A stretch of 25,014 nt of DNA from a virus. Its lineage: Duplodnaviria; Caudoviricetes. Below are positions 1 to 8,228 of the stretch, piece after piece. Numbering within the stretch: position 1 is the stretch's first letter; every line of letters starts with the position of its first letter. The notes under the pieces were generated by a model that was not told the origin of the DNA, made no database searches, and worked only from the letters and a program-made list of their open reading frames with translations. The DNA is taken from the IMG/VR virus record IMGVR_UViG_3300017589_000016, positions 1-25,014 of that record; one strand, 5' to 3'. The position numbers and the translations under genes are program-made.

Positions 1-811
1 GTTCTTGCGTTCATTCGGTGGCACAATCCAAACAATCCAAGGTGCAGAAGCAAAGGCAGACTTCCTTGACCTAAAAACGACTGACACGGATGTTGTTATC
101 CAAGCCTATTCGACTGATGCGGCAGTAGCGTTCGGAGCGGGTACAGGCAGCACGAACCGTTTTGGCGTTCGTAAAGAAGTGAAGTCCACAGATACACAAG
201 TCGCGTTTGATACGCCACTGTCTATCCATGAAGGGATCGATAGCTACACGGTTAACGATATCCCAGAGCAAGTGGTGGCAGAGCGTTTGGCGTTGCATGC
301 GGTGGCATGGGCAGAATATTACGATGGTGTTATGAGTGCGTTGCTTTCAACAAGCGCATCCGCAACATTGACTGAAACGGAACTAAGTGAAGCTGGCGTT
401 ACTGCTGCGTTTGCTGAAGCGCGTAAGACATTCGTTAACAACGGCGTGTCTAATAGCGTTGCTTGGGTTGCTTATATTTCCGCAGACGTATACAACTTCT
501 TGATCGATTCCAAACTTGCTACAACGGACAAAAATTCATCTGTCAACGTTGATACGCAAACAATGTACAAATTCAAAGGGTTCGAATTGGTTGAACTGCC
601 AGATGCTAAATTCCAAACCGGCGAAAATGCTTACTACGTTGCTGACGGCGTGGGCGTTGCAGGTGTTGCGATTCCGATTGCGCGTACCATGGACTCAGAG
701 GACTTCGCAGGCGTTGCTTTGCAAGCTGCAGGCAAACTAGGTAAGTACATTCCAACCAAAAACAAAAAAGCAATCTTGAAAGCTGCGCTAGTAGCAATTC
801 CAGCAGGATAA
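1..811 (+). CDS. Major capsid protein (5'-truncated by window)
   Basis: Frame open from the window edge; Ala/Thr/Asp-rich capsid-like sequence; lies upstream of neck genes, with a terminator after the next small ORF. Confidence 0.85.
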   Translation, partial: FLRSFGGTIQTIQGAEAKADFLDLKTTDTDVVIQAYSTDAAVAFGAGTGSTNRFGVRKEVKSTDTQVAFDTPLSIHEGIDSYTVNDIPEQVVAERLALHAVAWAEYYDGVMSALLSTSASATLTETELSEAGVTAAFAEARKTFVNNGVSNSVAWVAYISADVYNFLIDSKLATTDKNSSVNVDTQTMYKFKGFELVELPDAKFQTGENAYYVADGVGVAGVAIPIARTMDSEDFAGVALQAAGKLGKYIPTKNKKAILKAALVAIPAG

Positions 812-827
812 TTAGGAGGAAATGAAA

Positions 828-1019
828 ATGGCAAAATTTAAAGCGCTAAAGACGTTTCGTGATATCCACACGAAAGAAATTTACAAAGAGGGGGCTGTCA
901 TTGAAATGGCAGTCAAGCGAGCGGATGAGGTCAAAAAGAACCTGGACGACACTTTTCTGGAACGCGTTGAAGATAAGGACGACCAAGATAATCAAGACGA
1001 TCCGGAGGGGGCTAAATAG
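828..1019 (+). CDS. Small head-associated hypothetical protein
   Basis: AGGAGG at 814-819, 8 nt before ATG 828; typical small ORF after the capsid gene. Confidence 0.75.
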   Translation: MAKFKALKTFRDIHTKEIYKEGAVIEMAVKRADEVKKNLDDTFLERVEDKDDQDNQDDPEGAK

Positions 1020-1032
1020 TCCTCTCTTTTTT
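1005..1032 (+). terminator. Intrinsic terminator after capsid genes
   Basis: GAGGGGGCT-AAAT-AGTCCTCTC followed by T6. Confidence 0.8.
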
Positions 1033-1047
1033 ATGAGGAGGGATTAG

Positions 1048-1446
1048 ATGGCTTACTTAACCTACGAGGAATACAACCAATTCGGCTGTACGAACTTTCC
1101 GGAAGACGAATTTGACAAACTGATCACGAAAGCGTCTGGTTACATCGATAGCCAGACGCGTGATTTTTATCAATTCAATGATTTGGAAGAAGATATCGCA
1201 TACCGTCGCGAGAAATTCAAAAAGGCGGTTGCCTTCCAGATTGAATATATGTACGTGTCAGGAGCTTCAAGCGCTTATGAAGCGAATACACCGCAATCGT
1301 GGTCCATCGGGCGCACGAGCGTATCAGAAGCTTCCAAGAACTCGAATACAGGACGGAGCGAGGCGCCGAGCATTATATCGGAAGATGCCATCTTAGCGTT
1401 GAGCGGAACCGGGCTGTTGTATCGAGGGCTAGGGGTGATGCTATGA
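1048..1446 (+). CDS. Head-tail connector (adaptor) protein
   Basis: GAGGAGG RBS; MAYLTYEEY start and LSGTGLLYRG end resemble A118-type connectors; synteny. Confidence 0.8.
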   Translation: MAYLTYEEYNQFGCTNFPEDEFDKLITKASGYIDSQTRDFYQFNDLEEDIAYRREKFKKAVAFQIEYMYVSGASSAYEANTPQSWSIGRTSVSEASKNSNTGRSEAPSIISEDAILALSGTGLLYRGLGVML

Positions 1447-1784
1447 GATTGAGACTACCGCCGATTGAAGCTTATCCGCATACGATCGATTATGTCGTAA
1501 AGGATGGGGAAGACATTTGGGGAAAGCCTATTCTAACCGATGCAATAACGGTGGAACATGTTCGGGTGGATGAAGGTTACAACTTCAGCAGAAGCGGCTC
1601 TAACGCTACGAACGACATGCCGAACGCATTGATAAGCATGTTCGCGAAGTACAATTTGGGACTACCGTCCTTTGAGAATGAGGAAACCGTTCAATTCAAC
1701 GGCAGAACTTTTACAATCGTCAAAGTTATTCCGCTCTACTTTATGTCAGATGAAATCATCGGCTATGAATTGGAAGTGAAGTAA
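1443..1784 (+). CDS. Head closure / 'minor capsid' protein
   Basis: ATGA overlap with the upstream stop gives start 1443 rather than 1299; ends YELEVK; synteny. Confidence 0.75.
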   Translation: MRLRLPPIEAYPHTIDYVVKDGEDIWGKPILTDAITVEHVRVDEGYNFSRSGSNATNDMPNALISMFAKYNLGLPSFENEETVQFNGRTFTIVKVIPLYFMSDEIIGYELEVK

Positions 1785-2128
1785 TGGTAACGATCAAGGT
1801 GGATTTAAAAGAAGCCTTCAGCACGCTATCCGACCAGAACATCACGGCAGGCAGACGAGCAGTGGCAAATCAAGCATTAGCGGACATGAACGAGAATTTC
1901 GTGCCTATGCGTGATGGCTGGTTGCGCAACTCGGCCATCTTAACGATAGACGGCAGCGAAATCCTTTGGAATACGCCTTATGCAAGCCCGCAGTATTACG
2001 GTAAAAATGGGGATGTTACCTTCTCGCGGTACACCACGCCAGGCACTGGCCCGCGTTGGGATTTGAAAGCAAAAAAAATGTTTATGAGTGATTGGGTCAA
2101 GGCGTTCACGGAAGGAGCGGGATTGTAA
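1784..2128 (+). CDS. Neck / tail completion 'minor capsid' protein
   Basis: FVPMRDGWLRNS...NTPYA..QYYG...TTPGTGPRWD motifs; TAATG coupling. Confidence 0.82.
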   Translation: MVTIKVDLKEAFSTLSDQNITAGRRAVANQALADMNENFVPMRDGWLRNSAILTIDGSEILWNTPYASPQYYGKNGDVTFSRYTTPGTGPRWDLKAKKMFMSDWVKAFTEGAGL

Positions 2129-2526
2129 TGGACTTTATGCAGCAATTGCTAACCAGTGTTAATGCTATACCGGCATTACCTATTCACTGCCAACTAGGCT
2201 ATTTGAAATCGACTGAATCGTTTTGTCTGTACCCGCTTCCGGGTGGGCGCGTCACGCAAGAGTTTTACAGTGGCGAAAAAGACCAACAACTCAATTATGA
2301 GTTCGCGATGAAGTCGAACGATCAGGAGAAAATACACACAACCTTATGGGCTGTTCAGAATCACTTGGAGGAACTGGAAGTGCTGCAAAGCATGGATGGT
2401 TCCTTTTCGTTTGATTCCATTTCAATAACCAACAAGCCTTTTATTAATCAGTTGGACGATACAGGCAATTACATTTTCATGCTTGATGTACAAGCAAACA
2501 TAACTACATATCCCCAAGGAGGATGA
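2128..2526 (+). CDS. Tail terminator / 'minor capsid' protein
   Basis: TAATG overlap start at 2128; immediately precedes the tail tube gene. Confidence 0.75.
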   Translation: MDFMQQLLTSVNAIPALPIHCQLGYLKSTESFCLYPLPGGRVTQEFYSGEKDQQLNYEFAMKSNDQEKIHTTLWAVQNHLEELEVLQSMDGSFSFDSISITNKPFINQLDDTGNYIFMLDVQANITTYPQGG

Positions 2527-2532
2527 CAAATA

Positions 2533-2994
2533 ATGGCTAGATTAAAGAACGCGGAACGAAAACATTATGTGCAAGCCTACGTTGCAGGCGAAACAGAACC
2601 AGGATTAGTATGGTTGGAATTAGCTAAGTATATTTCCACAATCGGTGATGATACGCAAGAAGCAACGGAAGAAGAAGGATTCTACGATGGTGATGGCACA
2701 CCGGAAACGACCGTTACATCCATCGCGCAAGCATACACACCAGAAGGCTACTTCGACCCAGAAGACCCTGCACAAGCGTTGATTGAAGGTTTGAAATTCA
2801 AAACAGGCGACGGACGTAAGATTTGGCATAAAGTCATTCGTTCAGATGGCAAAAAACAATGGATCGGGCGCGCGACTGTTTCGGCAATCATTGCCGGCGC
2901 CGGGGATGCAGTAGCTTACGAAACATTCAGCTGCAACATTCGCTTTGACACGATCCCAGAAGAAACTGATTTACCAGAAGTTCCAGCCGGATAA
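2533..2994 (+). CDS. Major tail (tube) protein
   Basis: AGGAGG RBS; acidic EEEGFYDGDGTPET..YFDPEDPAQ motif; followed by a terminator. Confidence 0.85.
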   Translation: MARLKNAERKHYVQAYVAGETEPGLVWLELAKYISTIGDDTQEATEEEGFYDGDGTPETTVTSIAQAYTPEGYFDPEDPAQALIEGLKFKTGDGRKIWHKVIRSDGKKQWIGRATVSAIIAGAGDAVAYETFSCNIRFDTIPEETDLPEVPAG

Positions 2995-3007
2995 ATAGAT
3001 GACAGAT

Positions 3008-3038
3008 GAGGGACGTGGAGACACTTCCCTCTTTTTTT
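3008..3038 (+). terminator. Intrinsic terminator after major tail gene
   Basis: GAGGGACGTG-GAGA-CACTTCCCTC followed by T7. Confidence 0.8.
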
Positions 3039-3053
3039 ATAGGAGGTAGCAAA

Positions 3054-3512
3054 ATGGCAGATATAAAAATTGGTATCAAGCGCACAGGCTTCCCGGTAAA
3101 AATCGGGGAAATTGAATTGTGGTTTGATAGTTCGATTGAAAATCTAAAAAGGTTTTTCAATATCGACAAATTAGCAGAAGAGCGACTTGAACAAACGAAA
3201 GAAATGGCTAAAAGCATCGTATTGCCAGATGAAATCAACGAAGAAACCGTTAAAGGAATGGATGAAAAGACCATCAATGATGCGTTCAACGTGAATAAAG
3301 AATTTATCGCTATTCAGTACGATCTGATTTTCGGTGATGGCACCTTTGCGAAAGTCTATGAAGAGTATCCGGACATCATGGCACTTGAGGATGTGCTCGA
3401 ACAAGTTGGCCAAGCCGTTGCTCAAAAAGTGGAAGACATGGAAAAGGACCGCAAAGAAAAGTCTGCGGTTAAGATTTCGGATCATTTGAAGAAAAAAGCA
3501 AGCAAGAAGTAG
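3054..3512 (+). CDS. Tail assembly chaperone
   Basis: AGGAGG before ATG 3054; position between tail tube and Gp15/TMP. Confidence 0.75.
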   Translation: MADIKIGIKRTGFPVKIGEIELWFDSSIENLKRFFNIDKLAEERLEQTKEMAKSIVLPDEINEETVKGMDEKTINDAFNVNKEFIAIQYDLIFGDGTFAKVYEEYPDIMALEDVLEQVGQAVAQKVEDMEKDRKEKSAVKISDHLKKKASKK

Positions 3513-3521
3513 GCGAGAGCG

Positions 3522-4106
3522 ATGCGACTGAATGACAGGCTTTTAAACGCGTACGAATACGAGGGGATTGAATATCCGATTGACTTAACGTTCGATAACG
3601 TGCTGGACATGTTTGATGTGCTCGCAGACGAAGAATTGAGCGATTACGACAAGGCTAAATTAAACCTAATGTATTTGTTCGACGGCGAACATTTGGACCC
3701 GGAGAGGGCCACGATTGCGCCAGATGATGCAGTCGAGATATGGAACGATATCTTCGAGAACTATATATCAGTAATGGATAAGGAAGTAGCTGACTACGAC
3801 CTGCAGGGGAACCCGATGCCGAAAAAGGAAATGAAGAAGCTTATCAACATCGAAAAAGATGCTGAGTTCATTTTCTCATCCTTCCAACAGGCGTATCGGA
3901 TCAACTTATTCAAGGAACAGGGCAGGATGCACTGGCATGAGTTCCAAGCGCTTTTAAATGGATTGCCCGAGAATACGATATTCAAGCGCATCATCCAAAT
4001 ACGGGCTTGGGAGCCATCGAAAAACGAATCAAAAGAGTACAGAAAGAGTATGAGCGAACTACAAGAGATTTACAGCCTCGAAGAAGAACAGGAGGAGGTG
4101 GAATAA
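3522..4106 (+). CDS. Gp15-family tail assembly protein
   Basis: YPIDLTFDNVL...DAEFIFSSFQQAYRINL...MHWHEFQALLNGLPENT..IIQIR motifs typical of A118 Gp15 family. Confidence 0.85.
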   Translation: MRLNDRLLNAYEYEGIEYPIDLTFDNVLDMFDVLADEELSDYDKAKLNLMYLFDGEHLDPERATIAPDDAVEIWNDIFENYISVMDKEVADYDLQGNPMPKKEMKKLINIEKDAEFIFSSFQQAYRINLFKEQGRMHWHEFQALLNGLPENTIFKRIIQIRAWEPSKNESKEYRKSMSELQEIYSLEEEQEEVE

Positions 4107-4107
4107 T

Positions 4108-7100
4108 TTGTCAGATGGAAAAATATCGATAGCAATCGAAGTCGACGGCAAAGAGATTAAAGTCGCATCAGCAGATTTGGAGAAATTAGCGAAGAGTGCG
4201 CAAGGTTCTGGGGCGCCGCTGAAAGACGCTGAAAAAGGATTGGGCGGCGTCGGGGATCAGGCGAAAGGCGCCAAGAAGCCGTTAGACGATGCGAAGAAAG
4301 CAATCGGCGGGGTTGGTGATGAATCTGTTAAAGCTGGTTCTAGTGTGAAGGATATGGCTCTTTCTTTCGGATTGGTGAAGGTGGCATCTTCTGCCTTTAA
4401 AGTAGTTGCGCAATCATTGGATGCTGCTATATCACGTTTTGATACCATGCAAAAATATCCGAAGGTGTTAGGTGCTTTGGGATTTAGCGCGGAAGAATCC
4501 AAGAAATCCATCACGCAACTAGCGGACGGCATCGATGGACTCCCTACGAAGTTGGATGATGTCGTTGCCAGCACGCAACAATTCACCTCAATAACTGGAG
4601 ATTTAGAGACGTCTACAGACACCGTTTTGGCCTTGAACAACGCATTTTTGGCTAGTGGGGCAAGTGCGGCCGATGCGAGCCGTGGTACGGATCAATATTC
4701 ACAAATGTTATCCAGCGGCGTTGTCGACTTGGAGTCCTGGAAAACGTTGCAGGAAACGATGCCACTCGCTTTACAAAAGACAGCCGAAGCGATGGGGTTT
4801 GTTGGCTCTACTGCACAACGTGAGTTATACACTGCGTTGAAAGAGGGAAAAATAACATTCAGAGACTTCCAAAATCAATTGATTGAGTTAGGAACCGGAA
4901 CGGGTATGTTGGCGGATCTCGCAAAAGAAAACAGTATGGGTATTGCAACTTCGTTCGGCAACTTGCGTAATGCGGTTGCAAAGAATGTGGCGAATATCAT
5001 TACTAAGGTTGATGAGATGACGAAAGAAGTTACCGGGAAATCGATTGCTGAAAACATCGACAGCTTGAAGGTAATTGTTAACTCATCGATGGCGGCTATT
5101 GGCGACTCCATCGAAAAGGCTACACCGTATGTCATCGCGTTCAAAGATGGCGTGCAGGCGGTGCTTCCAGTGGTTGAATTTTTGACACCGGCAATCATGG
5201 GGCTTGTAGCTGCTTACACCGCATTGCAAATCATCAACAAAACAAGCGCTCAAATTGCTGCGACAAAAGCCGCATTTGAAGCAATGGCGCCCACCATAGC
5301 CAAACTAACCGCTTTGACAACGGCAAAAACAACCGCCGAATTGATGGATAGCGCGATGCAAACTAAATATCTAGCAGCTAACTTAGCTAGTATGTCAGCC
5401 TTAACGGCTAAAAATATCGTGATCGGATTGCTAACCGGAAGTCTAACATTAAATACCGCCGCTACTCTCTTGCAGGCTAAAGCGGTTGTGGTACTGTCCG
5501 GAGCGCTTAAATTTATAACTGGTCCGATCGGTTGGGTGGTGCTTGGTATTGGTGCGTTGGTTACGGCTGGGGTCGCGTTGGTCAAGTGGTTTAACAAAGC
5601 AACTGAAGACGGCGCCAAACTAACCAGCAAGACTGAGGAATTAGCGGCCGCAAACGAAGAATTAACCTCTTCTGTTGAAAGTAATGCGGACTCTTACAAG
5701 AAGACCCAAAGCAACATCCAGGCGACTGCGGATGCGAACAGCGATTTGATTGCAAAAATCGAAGAACTGTATGCAGTAGAAGATAAAACAGGGGCGCAAA
5801 AGAAAGAACTTGCCGCCTATGTGGAACAATTGAACGGTTCAATGGCAGGGCTGAACCTCGCCTATTCCGAAGAAGCGGATATGTTGAATCAATCTAGTGA
5901 ATACTTGCAACAGCGCGTTGATTTGTTAAAGGAGCAAGAGAGTGCAACTGCGGCTCAAGAGCGCATGCTAGAGATTTCGAAGGAACAATCCGAAATCGAA
6001 CAAAAACTAGCTGAGACGAATGAACTGCGTGCAGAGTGGAACCGAAAAATAGAAGATGGTTCGGTTAAGTCGAAAGAGTACAAAGAGGCGATTGCCGGGT
6101 TAGACGAACAAGAGCAATTGCTAAAAGGAACGACTACTGCATTAGGCGAAGAGCAGAAATTAACAGAAACCAAATTCACCGAATCAATGGCAACTATTGA
6201 TGCAGCTACAAGGGCATCTGTTGACAACCAGATTATAACTTTCGCAGATCTAAGCGAAACGCAAGCCGCTACTGTCGAGAACATGAAAGCCACTTGGGAA
6301 GACTACAAAGCGGCAGCCACGAACATGTTCGACGTGTTGAGTACTGAATCAGAGTTAACAGTTGGTGAAATGACTGCGAATCTTGAAGAAAATCAGCGTG
6401 TTATCGGTGCTTGGGCGGACAATATTGCAATCCTAGCTGCACGAGGTGTGAATGAAGGGTTGCTTGAAACGTTACGTGCTGCCGGACCGGAATCCGCCGG
6501 ACATGTTAACGCATTGGTTAATGCGTCTGACGAAGAATTAGCAGCCCTCAGCACTGCATTCTCGAATGGTGGTACTGTCGCAACCGATGCGCTGGCTACA
6601 TCGCTAGGCGTTGAAAATAACGAGGTTGTAAACAGCGTCATGGGATTAGTCACGGCAACGAAAGCGACAATGTCGCAAGAAATTGCAGCGGCTGACTTTG
6701 GCAGTATTGGTAAAAACGTTGCCGCAGGCTTGACAGGTGGTATCAACGAGGGTGCTGCAGAAGCGGCTACGGCTTCTGAGAACATGGCGAAAGATACCAT
6801 AGACGGGGCTGAGAGCGCTTTTGAAATCAACTCGCCATCTCGTGTATTCAAGGGCATGGGTGGATTTATCACAGAAGGATTAGCCTTGGGCGTAAATACC
6901 GGAACCAAACAGGTAACCCAAGCAATCACGAGCATGTTTACACAAGCGCTCGGGGTATCGACCGCTGGTGTAAGTCGAATCATTGCATCATACGGTGGGC
7001 TTCCGAACAGCATGCGTTATATCGGCTTGAATGCTATGGCTGGACTTAATGGTGGATTAATGGCTGGCGCCGGATCTGTTTTGTCTACTGCTGCCGGAAT

Positions 7101-7503
7101 TGCTAACAGTGTTGCTGCAGTGATGCGAAATGCGTTGAAGATTAAATCTCCTTCGCGTGTTATGCGCGATGATGTCGGCCGTTGGATCCCAGAAGGATTG
7201 GCGGAAGGTATTCGCGGAAGTGCGTCATCTGTTTACGAAGAAATAAACCGCATGACTTCTGGCATCGTTAAGGGCGGAAGTCCTGAGATGGCGCTGGGAC
7301 TGAACGGCATGACTGCTATGAGTGCCGGATATGCAACGATCAATAATAATTCCAGAGCGGTTACTGATGCATCGCAAGTCATCACAAACAACAATCGTCC
7401 AGTTTTGAATATCGAAAAGATAGAAAATTATTCTGATTCGGATATACCGAAAATCTTGGAAGAATCCGCATGGATCATGAGCAGGGAGGAGAGTAGGCTA
7501 TGA
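4108..7503 (+). CDS. Tape measure protein (1131 aa)
   Basis: TTG start with GGAGGAGG; MSDGKISI N-terminus; Ala/Gly-rich helical sequence, hydrophobic central segment, two IxSPSRV motifs. Confidence 0.95.
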   Translation: MSDGKISIAIEVDGKEIKVASADLEKLAKSAQGSGAPLKDAEKGLGGVGDQAKGAKKPLDDAKKAIGGVGDESVKAGSSVKDMALSFGLVKVASSAFKVVAQSLDAAISRFDTMQKYPKVLGALGFSAEESKKSITQLADGIDGLPTKLDDVVASTQQFTSITGDLETSTDTVLALNNAFLASGASAADASRGTDQYSQMLSSGVVDLESWKTLQETMPLALQKTAEAMGFVGSTAQRELYTALKEGKITFRDFQNQLIELGTGTGMLADLAKENSMGIATSFGNLRNAVAKNVANIITKVDEMTKEVTGKSIAENIDSLKVIVNSSMAAIGDSIEKATPYVIAFKDGVQAVLPVVEFLTPAIMGLVAAYTALQIINKTSAQIAATKAAFEAMAPTIAKLTALTTAKTTAELMDSAMQTKYLAANLASMSALTAKNIVIGLLTGSLTLNTAATLLQAKAVVVLSGALKFITGPIGWVVLGIGALVTAGVALVKWFNKATEDGAKLTSKTEELAAANEELTSSVESNADSYKKTQSNIQATADANSDLIAKIEELYAVEDKTGAQKKELAAYVEQLNGSMAGLNLAYSEEADMLNQSSEYLQQRVDLLKEQESATAAQERMLEISKEQSEIEQKLAETNELRAEWNRKIEDGSVKSKEYKEAIAGLDEQEQLLKGTTTALGEEQKLTETKFTESMATIDAATRASVDNQIITFADLSETQAATVENMKATWEDYKAAATNMFDVLSTESELTVGEMTANLEENQRVIGAWADNIAILAARGVNEGLLETLRAAGPESAGHVNALVNASDEELAALSTAFSNGGTVATDALATSLGVENNEVVNSVMGLVTATKATMSQEIAAADFGSIGKNVAAGLTGGINEGAAEAATASENMAKDTIDGAESAFEINSPSRVFKGMGGFITEGLALGVNTGTKQVTQAITSMFTQALGVSTAGVSRIIASYGGLPNSMRYIGLNAMAGLNGGLMAGAGSVLSTAAGIANSVAAVMRNALKIKSPSRVMRDDVGRWIPEGLAEGIRGSASSVYEEINRMTSGIVKGGSPEMALGLNGMTAMSAGYATINNNSRAVTDASQVITNNNRPVLNIEKIENYSDSDIPKILEESAWIMSREESRL

Positions 7504-8228
7504 GTGCAAACTTTGAATACAAGGGTGTTAACTCAGTTGATATGTACATGCATATCCGCAATGAAATAGTCTTCACTTCCCCGGAGGCGGATATCAAGTT
7601 TGTTGAGGTGCTTGGAAGAGATGGTGAACTAGCGATTGACAACGGTCGTTTAAAGGGCGTTCCTTTTTCGATCCCAATAACGCTTAAATTGCCGGATGGT
7701 ATTACTATCGACGAAGCGGCTACGGCCATATCGAATTGGCTGAAGAGTGATATTGGTTGGTTTCCGCTAAAGTTTTCCGGAAGTCCGGGGTACGAGTATA
7801 TCGCCATTTACACGGAGCAATTCAAAATTGCGGAAACGCTGAAGAATTACGGGAAAACGGTACTGACCTTTAAATTGAAACCTTACAAGCGCAGAGTTGG
7901 AAATGAAGCGATTGAAGTAACAAACGGAGCGACATTGTATAACCCTGAAAAACGTACCTCTAAGCCATTAATCAACATCGACGGGCAAGGAGATATAACG
8001 CTAAAGAAAAACGGTATGGATTGGCTCGTTTTGACAGCAGTCGATGGCTCTATCACGATTGACTCCGAATCAATGAGCGTGTTTAAGGGTACTCTGCCTC
8101 AGTTCAATAAAATGAACGGTAATTTATCCCCGATGTTTCCATTGTTGGAATCAGGCGAAAACACGATAACGTGGGTAGGCGATGTTTTAAAAGTAACGAT
8201 TTCACCGAGATGGGAGGCGATTGTATGA
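7500..8228 (+). CDS. Distal tail protein (Dit)
   Basis: Follows TMP; VLGRDGELAIDNGR, NPEKRTSKPLI, FPLLESGENTITW, PRW motifs. Confidence 0.85.
   Translation: MSANFEYKGVNSVDMYMHIRNEIVFTSPEADIKFVEVLGRDGELAIDNGRLKGVPFSIPITLKLPDGITIDEAATAISNWLKSDIGWFPLKFSGSPGYEYIAIYTEQFKIAETLKNYGKTVLTFKLKPYKRRVGNEAIEVTNGATLYNPEKRTSKPLINIDGQGDITLKKNGMDWLVLTAVDGSITIDSESMSVFKGTLPQFNKMNGNLSPMFPLLESGENTITWVGDVLKVTISPRWEAIV

Noticed and set aside
790-830. Programmed frameshift extension of capsid protein
   Set aside because: Both alternative frames stop within a few codons; the same holds for the tail tube gene
4210-4330. Tandem ~21-aa repeat in the TMP N-terminus and duplicated IxSPSRV motifs (6820, 7135)
   Set aside because: Ordinary tape-measure repeats
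4257-7013. Long minus-strand ORFs within the tape measure gene
   Set aside because: Antisense shadows of an Ala/Gly-rich gene; no RBS or recognisable motifs
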